Origin: an uncultured bacterium
GTDB taxonomy: Bacteria > Eisenbacteria > RBG-16-71-46 > CAIMUX01
Reading direction: 5' to 3'
DNA: 64,000 bases
NCBI GenBank assembly: GCA_964636385.1
Contig: CAZWSC010000078.1
Span: 42,874-106,873, forward strand
Shown here: in pieces, positions 8,679 to 17,970 of the stretch
How the letters are laid out: the number at the start of each line of letters is the position of its first letter
Position numbering within the stretch: the stretch's first letter is position 1
Position numbers and translations under genes: made by a program
Notes under the pieces: generated by a model
Databases searched by the model: none
What the model saw: only the letters and a program-made list of their open reading frames with translations
Told to the model about the DNA's origin: nothing

Positions 8679-9746
8679 TCAGGCTGGCTTCGCCTCCCGG
8701 TCCTCCTCCTGCTCGATCATGAAGCGAAGCGCTGCGAACACCAGCAGGTTCAGCCCGAGTCCCAGCAGCCCAAGCCACTCGATCTGGTAGAAGACGAAGA
8801 CCTGGGTCAGAAGAAGGGACACGAGGACCGACTGCTGGAAGCGTCTCAGCCCGAGCAGCCGGTTCCCGAAGATCGACAGCGCGCCAAGGGCGATGAACAC
8901 CCAGGACAGGATGCCCGAGCCGAACTGCAGCCACTGCACGGCTGTATAAGAAGCCGTGTCCGGCGGCAGCGTGCTGACCAGCGGCACCGTGAGCCACCGC
9001 TCGCCGCCCACCGGCAGCAGGCGCACAAGGACCGCGAGCCTCCCGAGGTCGAGCAGGAACCGGAGCATGAAGAAGCCGACGATGCCCCGCACGAACCAGC
9101 GACCCTCCGCCAGCCTCCTGTATGACGACACCGCAGCCTGCAGAATCCTGGTGATCAGCCCTGCGCGTGGTTCCGGGGCAATCTCTGCCTGCATGAGGAT
9201 CTCCCGCAGGCTCCTTGTGATATGCCCCTCCTGGTCCGCACCTTCGAGGTGCCGAAGTGCACGCGCCTGCTCGTGGCCGTCCAGATCCCCGCGGATGACC
9301 TCGGTGACCTCCTGCAGCGCGTTAGCGAGGTGCTCCTCGCCGCTTGCCGCCGGCTGCCTGCGGTGTATCGACCGGGCGGCCAGGTAGATGAGCACGAGGG
9401 ACGCGTAGATCAGCGCCACGGCCGGCTGGTAGAAGTAGTCGTTGTCGTGGGTGACGAACTTGCCTATCTCGTCGATGAACGTTCCGAAGCCGAGGCCTCC
9501 CAGAAACGCCCCCCACTGCTTCGGGGTCCTTCCGATGAAGGAGAGCAGGATCACGATGCCGCCAAGCATCAGCAGCCCCCCCCAGAACATGTGGGCGATA
9601 TGCAGGGAATCGCCCCCCAGCTTTGGATACCCCGCCACGGCCAGGAAGAATCGGATCGACAGGATGGCAGCCACTGCGGCCACGAGCATCAGATCGAGGC
9701 GTCTGCCCGCCTCGAAGTCGCGCAGCCAGGGAGCGTGGGAGGTCAT
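8679..9746 (-). CDS. Hypothetical polytopic membrane protein
   Basis: Several hydrophobic segments with a central soluble region. No known motif. Start is MTSHAPW, with GGAAGG upstream. Confidence 0.5.
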   Translation of the reverse strand: MTSHAPWLRDFEAGRRLDLMLVAAVAAILSIRFFLAVAGYPKLGGDSLHIAHMFWGGLLMLGGIVILLSFIGRTPKQWGAFLGGLGFGTFIDEIGKFVTHDNDYFYQPAVALIYASLVLIYLAARSIHRRQPAASGEEHLANALQEVTEVIRGDLDGHEQARALRHLEGADQEGHITRSLREILMQAEIAPEPRAGLITRILQAAVSSYRRLAEGRWFVRGIVGFFMLRFLLDLGRLAVLVRLLPVGGERWLTVPLVSTLPPDTASYTAVQWLQFGSGILSWVFIALGALSIFGNRLLGLRRFQQSVLVSLLLTQVFVFYQIEWLGLLGLGLNLLVFAALRFMIEQEEDREAKPA

Positions 9747-9845
9747 GATTGCCGTACCTTCCTGCTCCTCAGTGGGAGCCTGCCTTCCCGGCACAACGGC
9801 CGCCTGCTGACGAGGCCACGCATCCGAATGGCGGCCAGGTGTCGC

Positions 9846-10496
9846 CTACCTCACCCGGAACCTCTCCACGCCCAGTTCGACCGCGAGCTTCCTCGAGGCT
9901 TCGATCTCCTCCTGTGTAAGCGCAAACCCCACAACCGACGCCTGGACGTCGCGGAACACATGCGGAGCTCTTCGCAGAAAGTCGAGCATCGCTTCCCAGA
10001 ACATCACGGGCGGCGGGGGTTCCGCGGCCGCCACTTCCGGAACGGGCGACATCCGCAACGCCTGTGGGAACGGCCGGCTCACCTCCATGTAGCGCCCCGG
10101 GTCCGGCGCGTTCAGCGAAACCGACACGGCATCCACCGCGGCGGAGAGCTCCGGCAGGATGTCACGGCCGTGTATCAGGCAGGCATGTCCGTTCGTGTTC
10201 AGGCGGATCCGGGCACCTTCCGACCGCAGTTGCGCGGCAGCTTCGCTGATCAGGTCGAGACGGAAGGTCGGCTCCCCGAACCCGCACCAGATGAACTCCC
10301 CGAAGGCCGTGACTCCTCCGATTGCGCTGATGGCCTCGAGGAGGTCCGCCAGCGTCGGCTCCGGCCCTCCCCACAGCACCGCATCGCCGAGGCCCGGCCC
10401 TCGCTGCCTGATGCAGAAGGAACAATGGTTGGTGCAGCGGTTGGTGGGATTGAGGTAGAGACGGCCCGGATCGCCATAGCTGTACACGTAGTCCAT
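9846..10496 (-). CDS. Small radical SAM protein (TatD-associated radical SAM, TIGR04038-like)
   Basis: MDYVYSYGDPGRLYLNPTNRCTNHCSFCIR has a CX3CX2C with the aromatic residue typical of this small (~215 aa) family. AGGGA RBS. Confidence 0.65.
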   Translation of the reverse strand: MDYVYSYGDPGRLYLNPTNRCTNHCSFCIRQRGPGLGDAVLWGGPEPTLADLLEAISAIGGVTAFGEFIWCGFGEPTFRLDLISEAAAQLRSEGARIRLNTNGHACLIHGRDILPELSAAVDAVSVSLNAPDPGRYMEVSRPFPQALRMSPVPEVAAAEPPPPVMFWEAMLDFLRRAPHVFRDVQASVVGFALTQEEIEASRKLAVELGVERFRVR

Positions 10497-10695
10497 CGCG
10501 GAATCCCTTTCTTGAAGATCCGGCAAAGGCCGGAACCATGCAGGCAGCTTATGCGGATGCCCGTTGGCAATCAACCGCCCCGGATCGGGCATGCGCGTCA
10601 TCCCGGCATGCGGGTGGGCAGCTTGCCCGGACCACGGCTCCGGTCTATCCTCCAGGGGAGTCTGCACGCAGCACAAAGTCAACCGCGGAGGCGTC

Positions 10696-13119
10696 ATGAG
10701 CACAGCAGCACCTTCGATCAGGCCTTTCCCGTTCTCACCGCGACGCGCCCGCTTCATCGACGTAACCGCCGCCGAGCCAGGCGGGATGCCGCGTGGGGGC
10801 AGGGCTCCTGCGGAGTCACTGACCCTGTTCGACCTGGTCTACCGTACCCTCTGCGCAATCCTATACAACTACGTGCCCACATCCGGTCATCCGGGAGGGA
10901 GCATATCCTCGGGCCGGATCGTGGCGTCGTTGCTCTTCGATGCGATGGACTACGACTTCTCCCAGCCCGACAGGCCCGGGGCCGACCTGATCTCGTACGC
11001 AGCGGGGCACAAGGCGATGGGCCTGTATGCGATGTGGGCCCTGCGCAACGAGGTTGTCCGCGTGGGCGCGCCCGATCTGCTCCCCGCGGAGAAGATGCAG
11101 CTGAGGCTCGAGGATCTGCTCGGCTTCCGTCGGAATCCGGTCACATCCACGCCGCTCTTCACGAAACTCCACTCCCGTCCACTCGACGGACACCCCGCGC
11201 CCCTGGTCCCCTTCGTGAGGCTGGCTACGGGCGCCTCAGGTGTGGGTGTGCCGGCATCCCTCGGGCTGGCCCTGGCGGCGATGGATCTGTATGGCCTCGG
11301 ATCGGCTCGCGATCCCGGCGGACGCGGTTCCGTCCCGAAGGTGCACATCATCGAGGGAGAGGGCGGGATGACAGCAGGCCGGGTGTCCGAGGCGATGGCG
11401 ATGGCCGCCACCGCCTGCCTGGGCAACGCGGTCATGCATCTCGACTGGAACCAGGCCTCGATCGACTCCGACCGCGTGTGCGCGTACGCCGGCCGGCCAG
11501 GCGATTACGTGCAGTGGAACCCGGCGGAGTTCGCGTATCTCCACGACTGGAATGTGATCCGCGTACAGGACGGCAGCGACTTCTCCCAGGTTCTGGTTGC
11601 ACAGAGGCTGGCAGCGGAGGTGATGAACGATCAGCCCACCTGCATCGTGTACAGAACGGTGAAGGGATGGCGCTACGGGATCGAGGGGTGCAGATCTCAC
11701 GGCGCCGGCCACGCGTTCTGCTCCGAAGAGTTCTACGCAAGTCTCAGACCCTTCGAAGATGAATTCGGCGTCACATGCCCGCGATTTTACGGAGGGGAGA
11801 GTCCGGAACGCCTGGAGCAGGCCTTCTGGGACACCCTCATGGTTGTGAGGCAGGCTGTGGAGTCGCGCAGGGACTGGGCGACAGGCCTGGCTGCCAGGCT
11901 GGAGGAGTCGCGCCGCCGCCTGGAATCGCACAACAGGATGATCACCGCCGACATGCCGGACTCCTCGCTTCTGTACAACGACTCGATCAGGCCCGACGAG
12001 ACGCCGGATGAACTAAGGCTGGAGCCGGGCTCAGCGACCACCCTGCGCGCGGTGCTGGGAGACGCGCTGAACCACCTCAACAGGCACTGCCGTGGCGCCA
12101 TCCTGGCAACTGCGGCGGACCTGTGCGGATCGACCAGCATCGCCAATGTCAACAAGGGATACCCGAGCGGCTTCTACAACGCAGTCGACAACCCGGGATC
12201 GCGCCTCATTGCATGTGGCGGTATCTGCGAGGACGCGATGGGGGCGCTCATGACGGGTGTGTCCGCTTACGGGCGACACGCGGGCGTGTCATCTTCATAC
12301 GGCGCGTTCATCGCCCCGCTGCAGCATGTGGCGGCCAGGCTGCACGCCATCGGGCAACAGAATCGCAGGGAGCTGACCGGGGAGGCGTACAACCCCTTTA
12401 TCATGGTCTGTGCCCACGCAGGGCTCAAGACCGGGGAAGACGGACCCACACATGCCGATCCGCAGCCCCTGCAGCTACTGCAGGAGAACTTCCCGTCCGG
12501 GGCGGCGATCACCCTCACTCCGTGGGAACCACGGGAGGTGTGGCCTCTGCTGGTCGCTGCGCTTAAGATGCGGCCTGCTGTCATAGCACCGTTCGTGACG
12601 AGGCCGGAGGAGAGGGTGCCGGATCGCAGGGCACTCGGAATCCCTCCGGCCTCCGAGACTGTACAAGGCATCTGCGCATGGAGGCGGGCTGACGCCGGAA
12701 AGCGCCCATATCACGGGACGATTGTCCTGCAGGGAAGCGGCGTCGCGTATGAGTTCGCGGAGTGCGTCCTGCCCGAGATCGGCAGGCAAGGTCTCAACAT
12801 GAACGTCTTCTACATTTCCAGCACGGAGTTGTTCCTGATGCTGCCGCAGGAGAGGAGGGAAGAGATCTTCCCGGCCGCCCTGGCCGGCGAGGCGATGGGA
12901 ATCACCGACTTCACGCTGCCGACGCTCTTCCGCTGGGTCGCCTCGGAACAGGGGCGGGAGCGGAGCCTGCATCCCTTCAGATCAGGGCGGTACCCCGGCA
13001 GCGGCCCGGCCCACGCGGTCATGCGGGAAGCCGGACTGGATGGACGCAGTCAGCTGGATTCAGTGCTTGCCTATGCCGAGGCTTGTGAAAGGCGCGGAGG
13101 TCCTGACAATGATGCATGA
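10696..13119 (+). CDS. Transketolase-family thiamine-diphosphate enzyme (long form, ~807 aa)
   Basis: SGHPGGSISSGRIVASLLF and GHKAMGLYAMWAL (TPP-binding N-domain). EGEGGMTAGRVSEAMAMA (GDGxxxEG motif). GGAGG RBS before MSTAAPS. Confidence 0.7.
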   Translation: MSTAAPSIRPFPFSPRRARFIDVTAAEPGGMPRGGRAPAESLTLFDLVYRTLCAILYNYVPTSGHPGGSISSGRIVASLLFDAMDYDFSQPDRPGADLISYAAGHKAMGLYAMWALRNEVVRVGAPDLLPAEKMQLRLEDLLGFRRNPVTSTPLFTKLHSRPLDGHPAPLVPFVRLATGASGVGVPASLGLALAAMDLYGLGSARDPGGRGSVPKVHIIEGEGGMTAGRVSEAMAMAATACLGNAVMHLDWNQASIDSDRVCAYAGRPGDYVQWNPAEFAYLHDWNVIRVQDGSDFSQVLVAQRLAAEVMNDQPTCIVYRTVKGWRYGIEGCRSHGAGHAFCSEEFYASLRPFEDEFGVTCPRFYGGESPERLEQAFWDTLMVVRQAVESRRDWATGLAARLEESRRRLESHNRMITADMPDSSLLYNDSIRPDETPDELRLEPGSATTLRAVLGDALNHLNRHCRGAILATAADLCGSTSIANVNKGYPSGFYNAVDNPGSRLIACGGICEDAMGALMTGVSAYGRHAGVSSSYGAFIAPLQHVAARLHAIGQQNRRELTGEAYNPFIMVCAHAGLKTGEDGPTHADPQPLQLLQENFPSGAAITLTPWEPREVWPLLVAALKMRPAVIAPFVTRPEERVPDRRALGIPPASETVQGICAWRRADAGKRPYHGTIVLQGSGVAYEFAECVLPEIGRQGLNMNVFYISSTELFLMLPQERREEIFPAALAGEAMGITDFTLPTLFRWVASEQGRERSLHPFRSGRYPGSGPAHAVMREAGLDGRSQLDSVLAYAEACERRGGPDNDA

Positions 13120-13151
13120 CGCGGCGGACAGGCGATGATCGGGGCCGGGAA

Positions 13152-13793
13152 ATGAGCAACGAAGACATCCTGAGTTCACTCAGCGCCGGTCCCGGGGTCG
13201 AAGTGGTTGTGAAGGGGTCCCGCTTCCTCGGCCAGGCCTTTCCCGCTGATTCGGAGGAGGAGGCACTTGAGGTCCTGGGCGGAGTCAGACGCCGCCATCA
13301 CGATGCCACCCACCACTGCTGGGCCTTCCGTCTCTGCGAGTTCGAAGATCCGCACGAGCGGCACAGCGACGACGGCGAGCCGTCCGGTTCGGCGGGAGCG
13401 CCGATCCTCGGAAGCCTGCGCCGGGCCTCTGTTGTCCGCGCGCTCGTTGTCGTAACCCGCTACTTCGGGGGTGTGAAGCTCGGCACCGGCGGGCTGACGC
13501 GCGCCTACGGAGAGGCTGCCCGCTGCGCTGTTGATGCGTCTCCCGAACGTGTTCTGCTGCGCGTCACCGACCTGGAGATCCGTGCCGAGTATGCCCAGCT
13601 GGGAGTGGTCGAGACGATCCTGGCCCGCTCAGGCGGCGCAATCCGGGAGGTGCAGCGGGTCTTTGAGCCGAACCCGCTCTTCCGGGTGGCGGTTCTGCGC
13701 GGATCAACCAGGGCGTTACGGGAGGAGCTTGTCCATGCTTCCGCCGGGAGACTCCACCTGAGTGCTCTCGGGGACAGGATCGCTGAGAAGTGA
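13152..13793 (+). CDS. yigZ: YigZ/IMPACT-family protein (UPF0029)
   Basis: KGSRFLGQA...HHCWAF...DDGEPSGSAGAPIL...RYFGGVKLGTGGL are signature YigZ motifs. The alternative start 13116 overlaps the upstream stop as ATGA. Confidence 0.75.
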   Translation: MSNEDILSSLSAGPGVEVVVKGSRFLGQAFPADSEEEALEVLGGVRRRHHDATHHCWAFRLCEFEDPHERHSDDGEPSGSAGAPILGSLRRASVVRALVVVTRYFGGVKLGTGGLTRAYGEAARCAVDASPERVLLRVTDLEIRAEYAQLGVVETILARSGGAIREVQRVFEPNPLFRVAVLRGSTRALREELVHASAGRLHLSALGDRIAEK

Positions 13794-13879
13794 GGAGTAC
13801 TTCCGCCATCAGACGCGAGGACGGAGTCGTATCATTTCGGTCTGGATGCGGCGCGTGCATCCTGTGGTAAAGTCCTCCC

Positions 13880-15925
13880 ATGGTCGCAATGCCGCCGATT
13901 CGGCATCCCTGGAGGAATCCCGCTGTCGCGCAGATCGTGATCTGCCTCATCGCCGCATTTTCCTCGCCCCCCGGCGCCCATGCGGGGCCCCCGGTCCCGG
14001 ATCCGGTGCACAGGGCTGAGATTCTGGAGACGACACACCATGTGCCCCGCCCTCGTGACGCAGGGACTGCGACTCCTCATGATCGGATGACATCCGCTGT
14101 TCATGACCCCCGGGACGACTATGACGTCCGCTACATCGAACTCGACCTGGACCTCACGGACCTGGATCGTGAGTACATGACGGGAAGGGTCATGATCGAC
14201 CTGGACTGCCTTGCAGACGGCCTCGACCTGATAGCCCTGGACTTCGACGGAGAGTTCGAGATCGGCGCCATCCTGGTTGACGGGGTGGAGTCGGCTTGCT
14301 CATGGGATCAGGGCAGCTTGCAGATCGAAATGCCCGAACCGGCGGTACTCGGCGGGTCGCATCGCGTGGAAGTGGAGTACGAAGGACTTCCCGCGGGCCC
14401 GCGGTTCAGGTACGACACGTATGCGGATGAGGCCTGGATATGGACCCTCTCCCAGCCGGAGTGGGCCCGCACATGGTGGCCGTGCAAGGACAGGCCCGAC
14501 GATAAGGCCGACAGCGCCCGCGTCCGCATAACCGTGCCCGACTGGATGACCGCTACATCGGTGGGAACCCTGGAGTCGCTGGACTACCCGGTCCCGGGCG
14601 CCGCTGCGTTCACATGGTTCGAGCGCTATCCGATCGCGCCTTACCTGATCTCCGTGACGGCCGGCAACTTCGTCCTGCTTGATGAGATGTACGAGGATCC
14701 CGCCGGCTGGTCGCTGCCGCTGCACCACTACGTATTCGATGACCTGGTGGACAAGGCCAGGGAGGACTTCAACATCGCGCCCGGGGCCATGCGGATCTTC
14801 TCCGAGGCGTTCGGTCCGTATCCCTTCCTGGGGCAGAAGTATGGGGTTACTCTGTTCGGTTGGCCCGGGGCCATGGAGCACCAGTGCAACACGTCATACG
14901 GTTACAGGCTGGTTGACGGCCGGCACACCTATGACTGGATCTATGTTCACGAACTGGCGCACATGTGGTGGGGCAACGCTGTCACCTGCGCCACCTGGGC
15001 AGACATCTGGCTGAACGAGGGGCTTGCCTCATGGAGCGAGGCATACTGGTGGGAGCAGGTGTACGGACCGGAAGCCTACCGGGAGTATATGACAGGGACC
15101 CAGGTCGTCCGGGACCCCAGCGGTCCTCTGTACAATCACGAGCGATGGTTTGACGTCAACACCATCTATAACAGGGGGGCATGGGTAGTGCACATGCTGC
15201 GGGGCGCCCTCGGGGACAGTCTTTTCTTCCGTGCCCTTGCGGATTACAGGGAGTTGTACGAGGGATCCTCGGTCACGACAGCACAGTTCCAGGCATCCCT
15301 TGAGGCTTCGACCGGGATGAGTCTGGACTGGTTTTTCGAGTCGTGGGTTCATGGAGTGGACAGGCCGCACTACGAGTTCTCCCACACCTACGAACCGGAT
15401 GCCGGTCCCGGGTCGGCCGGGCGCCTGAGAATGCGGCTGGACCAGGTTCAGACATCAGCCGGGCACTTCACCATGCCTGTCACCATTCGCGTGATCGGCC
15501 CCGGGGGCGGCGACTTCAGGTTCTGGAACGACCCAGACAGCAGGGACTTCGTGATCGACCTTCCCGGCCCGCCGGAGGCTGTGATCCTCGACCCTGATGA
15601 CTGGATCCTGAAGAACGTGAGGACCTCCGGGTATGGTCTGCCGGTCTTGCGCACCCAGCCGAGTCCGTTCGTGCGGTCGGCGCGTATCACACGTTCAGGC
15701 AGGGGAACCGGGCCGACTGAGTGGAGGATTGTCAGTGTGCATGGAAGAGAGGTCGCGCACGGAGTGACACCAGCCCCTCCGCCGGGAAGCCTTCGAAGCT
15801 GGGTCTGGGATGGAAAAGGTCCGGACGGCAGGCGCCTGCCGTCCGGAGTGTACTTCATCCACACCAGCCTGCCCGTGGATCCTGCAGCTCCGCCCGTCTC
15901 AGGCCGGCTGGTCCTGCTGAACTGA
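13880..15925 (+). CDS. Secreted M1-family zinc aminopeptidase with a T9SS (Por) C-terminal sorting domain
   Basis: Signal peptide. GAMEH (GAMEN-like) and HELAHMWWG...E (HEXXH-X18-E). C-terminus ...SWVWDGKGPDGRRLPSGVYFIHTSL...GRLVLLN resembles a T9SS CTD. Confidence 0.85.
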   Translation: MVAMPPIRHPWRNPAVAQIVICLIAAFSSPPGAHAGPPVPDPVHRAEILETTHHVPRPRDAGTATPHDRMTSAVHDPRDDYDVRYIELDLDLTDLDREYMTGRVMIDLDCLADGLDLIALDFDGEFEIGAILVDGVESACSWDQGSLQIEMPEPAVLGGSHRVEVEYEGLPAGPRFRYDTYADEAWIWTLSQPEWARTWWPCKDRPDDKADSARVRITVPDWMTATSVGTLESLDYPVPGAAAFTWFERYPIAPYLISVTAGNFVLLDEMYEDPAGWSLPLHHYVFDDLVDKAREDFNIAPGAMRIFSEAFGPYPFLGQKYGVTLFGWPGAMEHQCNTSYGYRLVDGRHTYDWIYVHELAHMWWGNAVTCATWADIWLNEGLASWSEAYWWEQVYGPEAYREYMTGTQVVRDPSGPLYNHERWFDVNTIYNRGAWVVHMLRGALGDSLFFRALADYRELYEGSSVTTAQFQASLEASTGMSLDWFFESWVHGVDRPHYEFSHTYEPDAGPGSAGRLRMRLDQVQTSAGHFTMPVTIRVIGPGGGDFRFWNDPDSRDFVIDLPGPPEAVILDPDDWILKNVRTSGYGLPVLRTQPSPFVRSARITRSGRGTGPTEWRIVSVHGREVAHGVTPAPPPGSLRSWVWDGKGPDGRRLPSGVYFIHTSLPVDPAAPPVSGRLVLLN

Positions 15926-15985
15926 TCCCGCCTGGTCCACCGCGTCCCCGATTCTCCTGCGGAACGCGGACCGCCGGGGCGCAGA

Positions 15986-16561
15986 TCAGGAGATCTCGCT
16001 CAGAAGGCTGTTCAGCTTCTCACCGGATGAGTCCAGCAGTTCCTTGTGCAGGCTGCGGCCATGGGAGTCCATGGTGACCACGGCGGGGTAGTCCTCCACC
16101 TCGAACTCCCAGATCGCCTCGGGGCTGCCGAACTTCTCGAGGAGATGCACGCCGCGAACGGCGGTGACCCGCTCTGCCAGGACCTGTGCGGCGCCTCCGA
16201 CGGTGTGCAGGTAGACGCACCCGAACTCCTGGCAGGCCTGGAGCGTCTTCGCGCCCATACCTCCCTTGCCGATCACGCCGCGGATCCCGTGGTCACGGAT
16301 CACATCGTACTCGTAGGGTTCTTCACGGCCCGAAGTGGTGGGTCCCGCCGCCTTCACGACCCAGACCCCCTTCTCCTTAACCACCACCGGCCCGCAGTGG
16401 TAGATCATGCCGTTGCTCATGTCGACGGGCGAGGGATTGCCGTCGAAGAGGTACTTGTGTACTGCATCGCGGCCTGTGAAGATGAGCCCAGTGATCTCGA
16501 CGAGGTCACCCACCCTCAGACTGCGGATTGCTTCTTCGGTAAAAGGCGCTTCCAGACGCAT
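15986..16561 (-). CDS. Fe-S hydro-lyase beta subunit (class I fumarate hydratase / L(+)-tartrate dehydratase beta)
   Basis: Matches the C-terminal domain of class I fumarase (GKGGMGAKTLQACQEFGCVYL). ATG at 16561 has AGGAG 8 nt upstream. The track's start at 16612 is TTG. Confidence 0.8.
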   Translation of the reverse strand: MRLEAPFTEEAIRSLRVGDLVEITGLIFTGRDAVHKYLFDGNPSPVDMSNGMIYHCGPVVVKEKGVWVVKAAGPTTSGREEPYEYDVIRDHGIRGVIGKGGMGAKTLQACQEFGCVYLHTVGGAAQVLAERVTAVRGVHLLEKFGSPEAIWEFEVEDYPAVVTMDSHGRSLHKELLDSSGEKLNSLLSEIS

Positions 16562-16621
16562 GATCGCAACTCCTGTCCTGCCGGCCGCATGTGCCGCCGG
16601 CATGTTCGTCAACAGCCCGGG

Positions 16622-17812
16622 CTAGTACAGCCAGCTCTTGATGGTTCCGTCGGCCCGGAGCTCCGCGCCCTGGCGCCTGAAGGCCCAGCACATGTATGAC
16701 ACACTGACGAAGAACGAGGCCGGCAGCCTGTTGAGCGCGCCGATCTTGCAGCCCAGCAGAGTGGAAGCGCCGCCGAACCCCATCGGACCGATGCCCAGGG
16801 CATTCGCCTTGGTGAAGACCCTCTTCTCCAGCGCCGCCAGCTCCGGATTCGGGTTTGTGTCATCCAGCGACCTGAGCAGCTGCTCCTTGGATTCCGCATA
16901 TCCCGTGGCCCTGTCGCCTCCGACGCAGACCCCGAGGATCCCGGGTCCGCATCCCTTGCCCTGCGCCTGATAGACGGCGTCAAGTATGCACTTCTCCACA
17001 CCGGCCAGGTCACGGCCGGCGCCGAGTCGCCCGTAGGGTAAGGAGTACTGGATGCCGCAGTTCTCGCAACCGCCGCCCTTTAGGATCAGGCGGATCTCCA
17101 GGCCCGAACGGTTCCACTGCCGGATGTGGTAGACAGGAGAGCCGGGACCGAGATTGTTGCCCGAGTTCTTTCCTGTGAGGGAATCCACCGAGTTCTGCCT
17201 CAGGTAGCCCACCTCTGTTGCCTTTATCACGGCCTGCTCGGCGGAGCGGCGAAGCATCCCTTCGTCGAATCCGCGGGGCGCCTTGATGTAGAAGAGGATC
17301 GACCCCGTGTCCTGGCACAGGGGAAGGCTGTTCGCCCTGGCCAGGTCGATGTTTTCGTCGATGATCTTCATCGCCCAGATGGCGTTTGAGTCGGGAGCTT
17401 CGGAGTCCCGCGCCCTGTTCATCGCGCGCGCAACGTCATCGGGCAGATCTGCGGACGTCTTGCGCACGATCTCCAGAAACGCCGCGCGAAGGGCGGCGGG
17501 TGTCATACCCACAGCAGCGGCCTTTGAGGCTTTCTTCGCGGGTTTGACAGCCATGGCCCGTGCAGCTGCCTTCCTCGCGGGCGCCTTGGCGGAGGCTTTA
17601 ACAGCTGGCCTGGTCTTCTTCACGGGTGTCTTCGCCGCGGGCCTGGCCTTGCCGACAGGCGCCTTCTTCGCGGCTGACGGTCTGGCTGAAGCCTTGACTG
17701 CGGCCTTCCTGCCCCCGCTTCGCGCAGCGGAGGGCCTGGCGGTCTTTTTGCGTGTGGTGGTCTTCTTCGGGGCGGCGCGTCGCCCTGCACTCGACCCAGA
17801 GGCTTTTTGCAT
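16622..17812 (-). CDS. Fe-S hydro-lyase alpha subunit (class I fumarase/tartrate dehydratase alpha) with a ~100-aa N-terminal Lys/Ala/Pro-rich histone H1-like extension
   Basis: The catalytic part (CQDTGSILFYIKA...GGGCENCG...) is a typical alpha subunit. Upstream in-frame KAAVKASARPSAAKKAPVGKARPAAKTPVKKTRPAVKASAKAPARKAAARA. GGGGAG sits 9 nt before the ATG at 17812 and a TATAAC -10-like box lies upstream, supporting translation of the tail. A shorter start at 17506 lacks an RBS. Confidence 0.7.
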   Translation of the reverse strand: MQKASGSSAGRRAAPKKTTTRKKTARPSAARSGGRKAAVKASARPSAAKKAPVGKARPAAKTPVKKTRPAVKASAKAPARKAAARAMAVKPAKKASKAAAVGMTPAALRAAFLEIVRKTSADLPDDVARAMNRARDSEAPDSNAIWAMKIIDENIDLARANSLPLCQDTGSILFYIKAPRGFDEGMLRRSAEQAVIKATEVGYLRQNSVDSLTGKNSGNNLGPGSPVYHIRQWNRSGLEIRLILKGGGCENCGIQYSLPYGRLGAGRDLAGVEKCILDAVYQAQGKGCGPGILGVCVGGDRATGYAESKEQLLRSLDDTNPNPELAALEKRVFTKANALGIGPMGFGGASTLLGCKIGALNRLPASFFVSVSYMCWAFRRQGAELRADGTIKSWLY

Positions 17813-17970
17813 GCCTGTCATCTCCCCTCGCGTTATACCGACACTTCGTGGACTGCTGGATCATTGCGGCTGCCGGGCGTAGTGTCAAGCCAGCCTTGTC
17901 CGGAGCACCGTGAACCGGCAGGGGTTCGGACAGGCTTGTTATCCCGGAAAGATTGCGGGGCTCTCTGGAG

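Noticed and set aside
9222-11762. 846-aa + strand ORF spanning the membrane-protein, rSAM and TK-like genes
   Set aside because: A high-GC artefact with Arg-rich, low-complexity translation. It overlaps three genes that have clear motifs.
17307-17882. 191-aa + strand Ala-rich ORF
   Set aside because: It is the mirror frame of the GC-rich Lys/Ala-repeat-encoding region of the fumarase alpha gene. The supported protein is on the minus strand.
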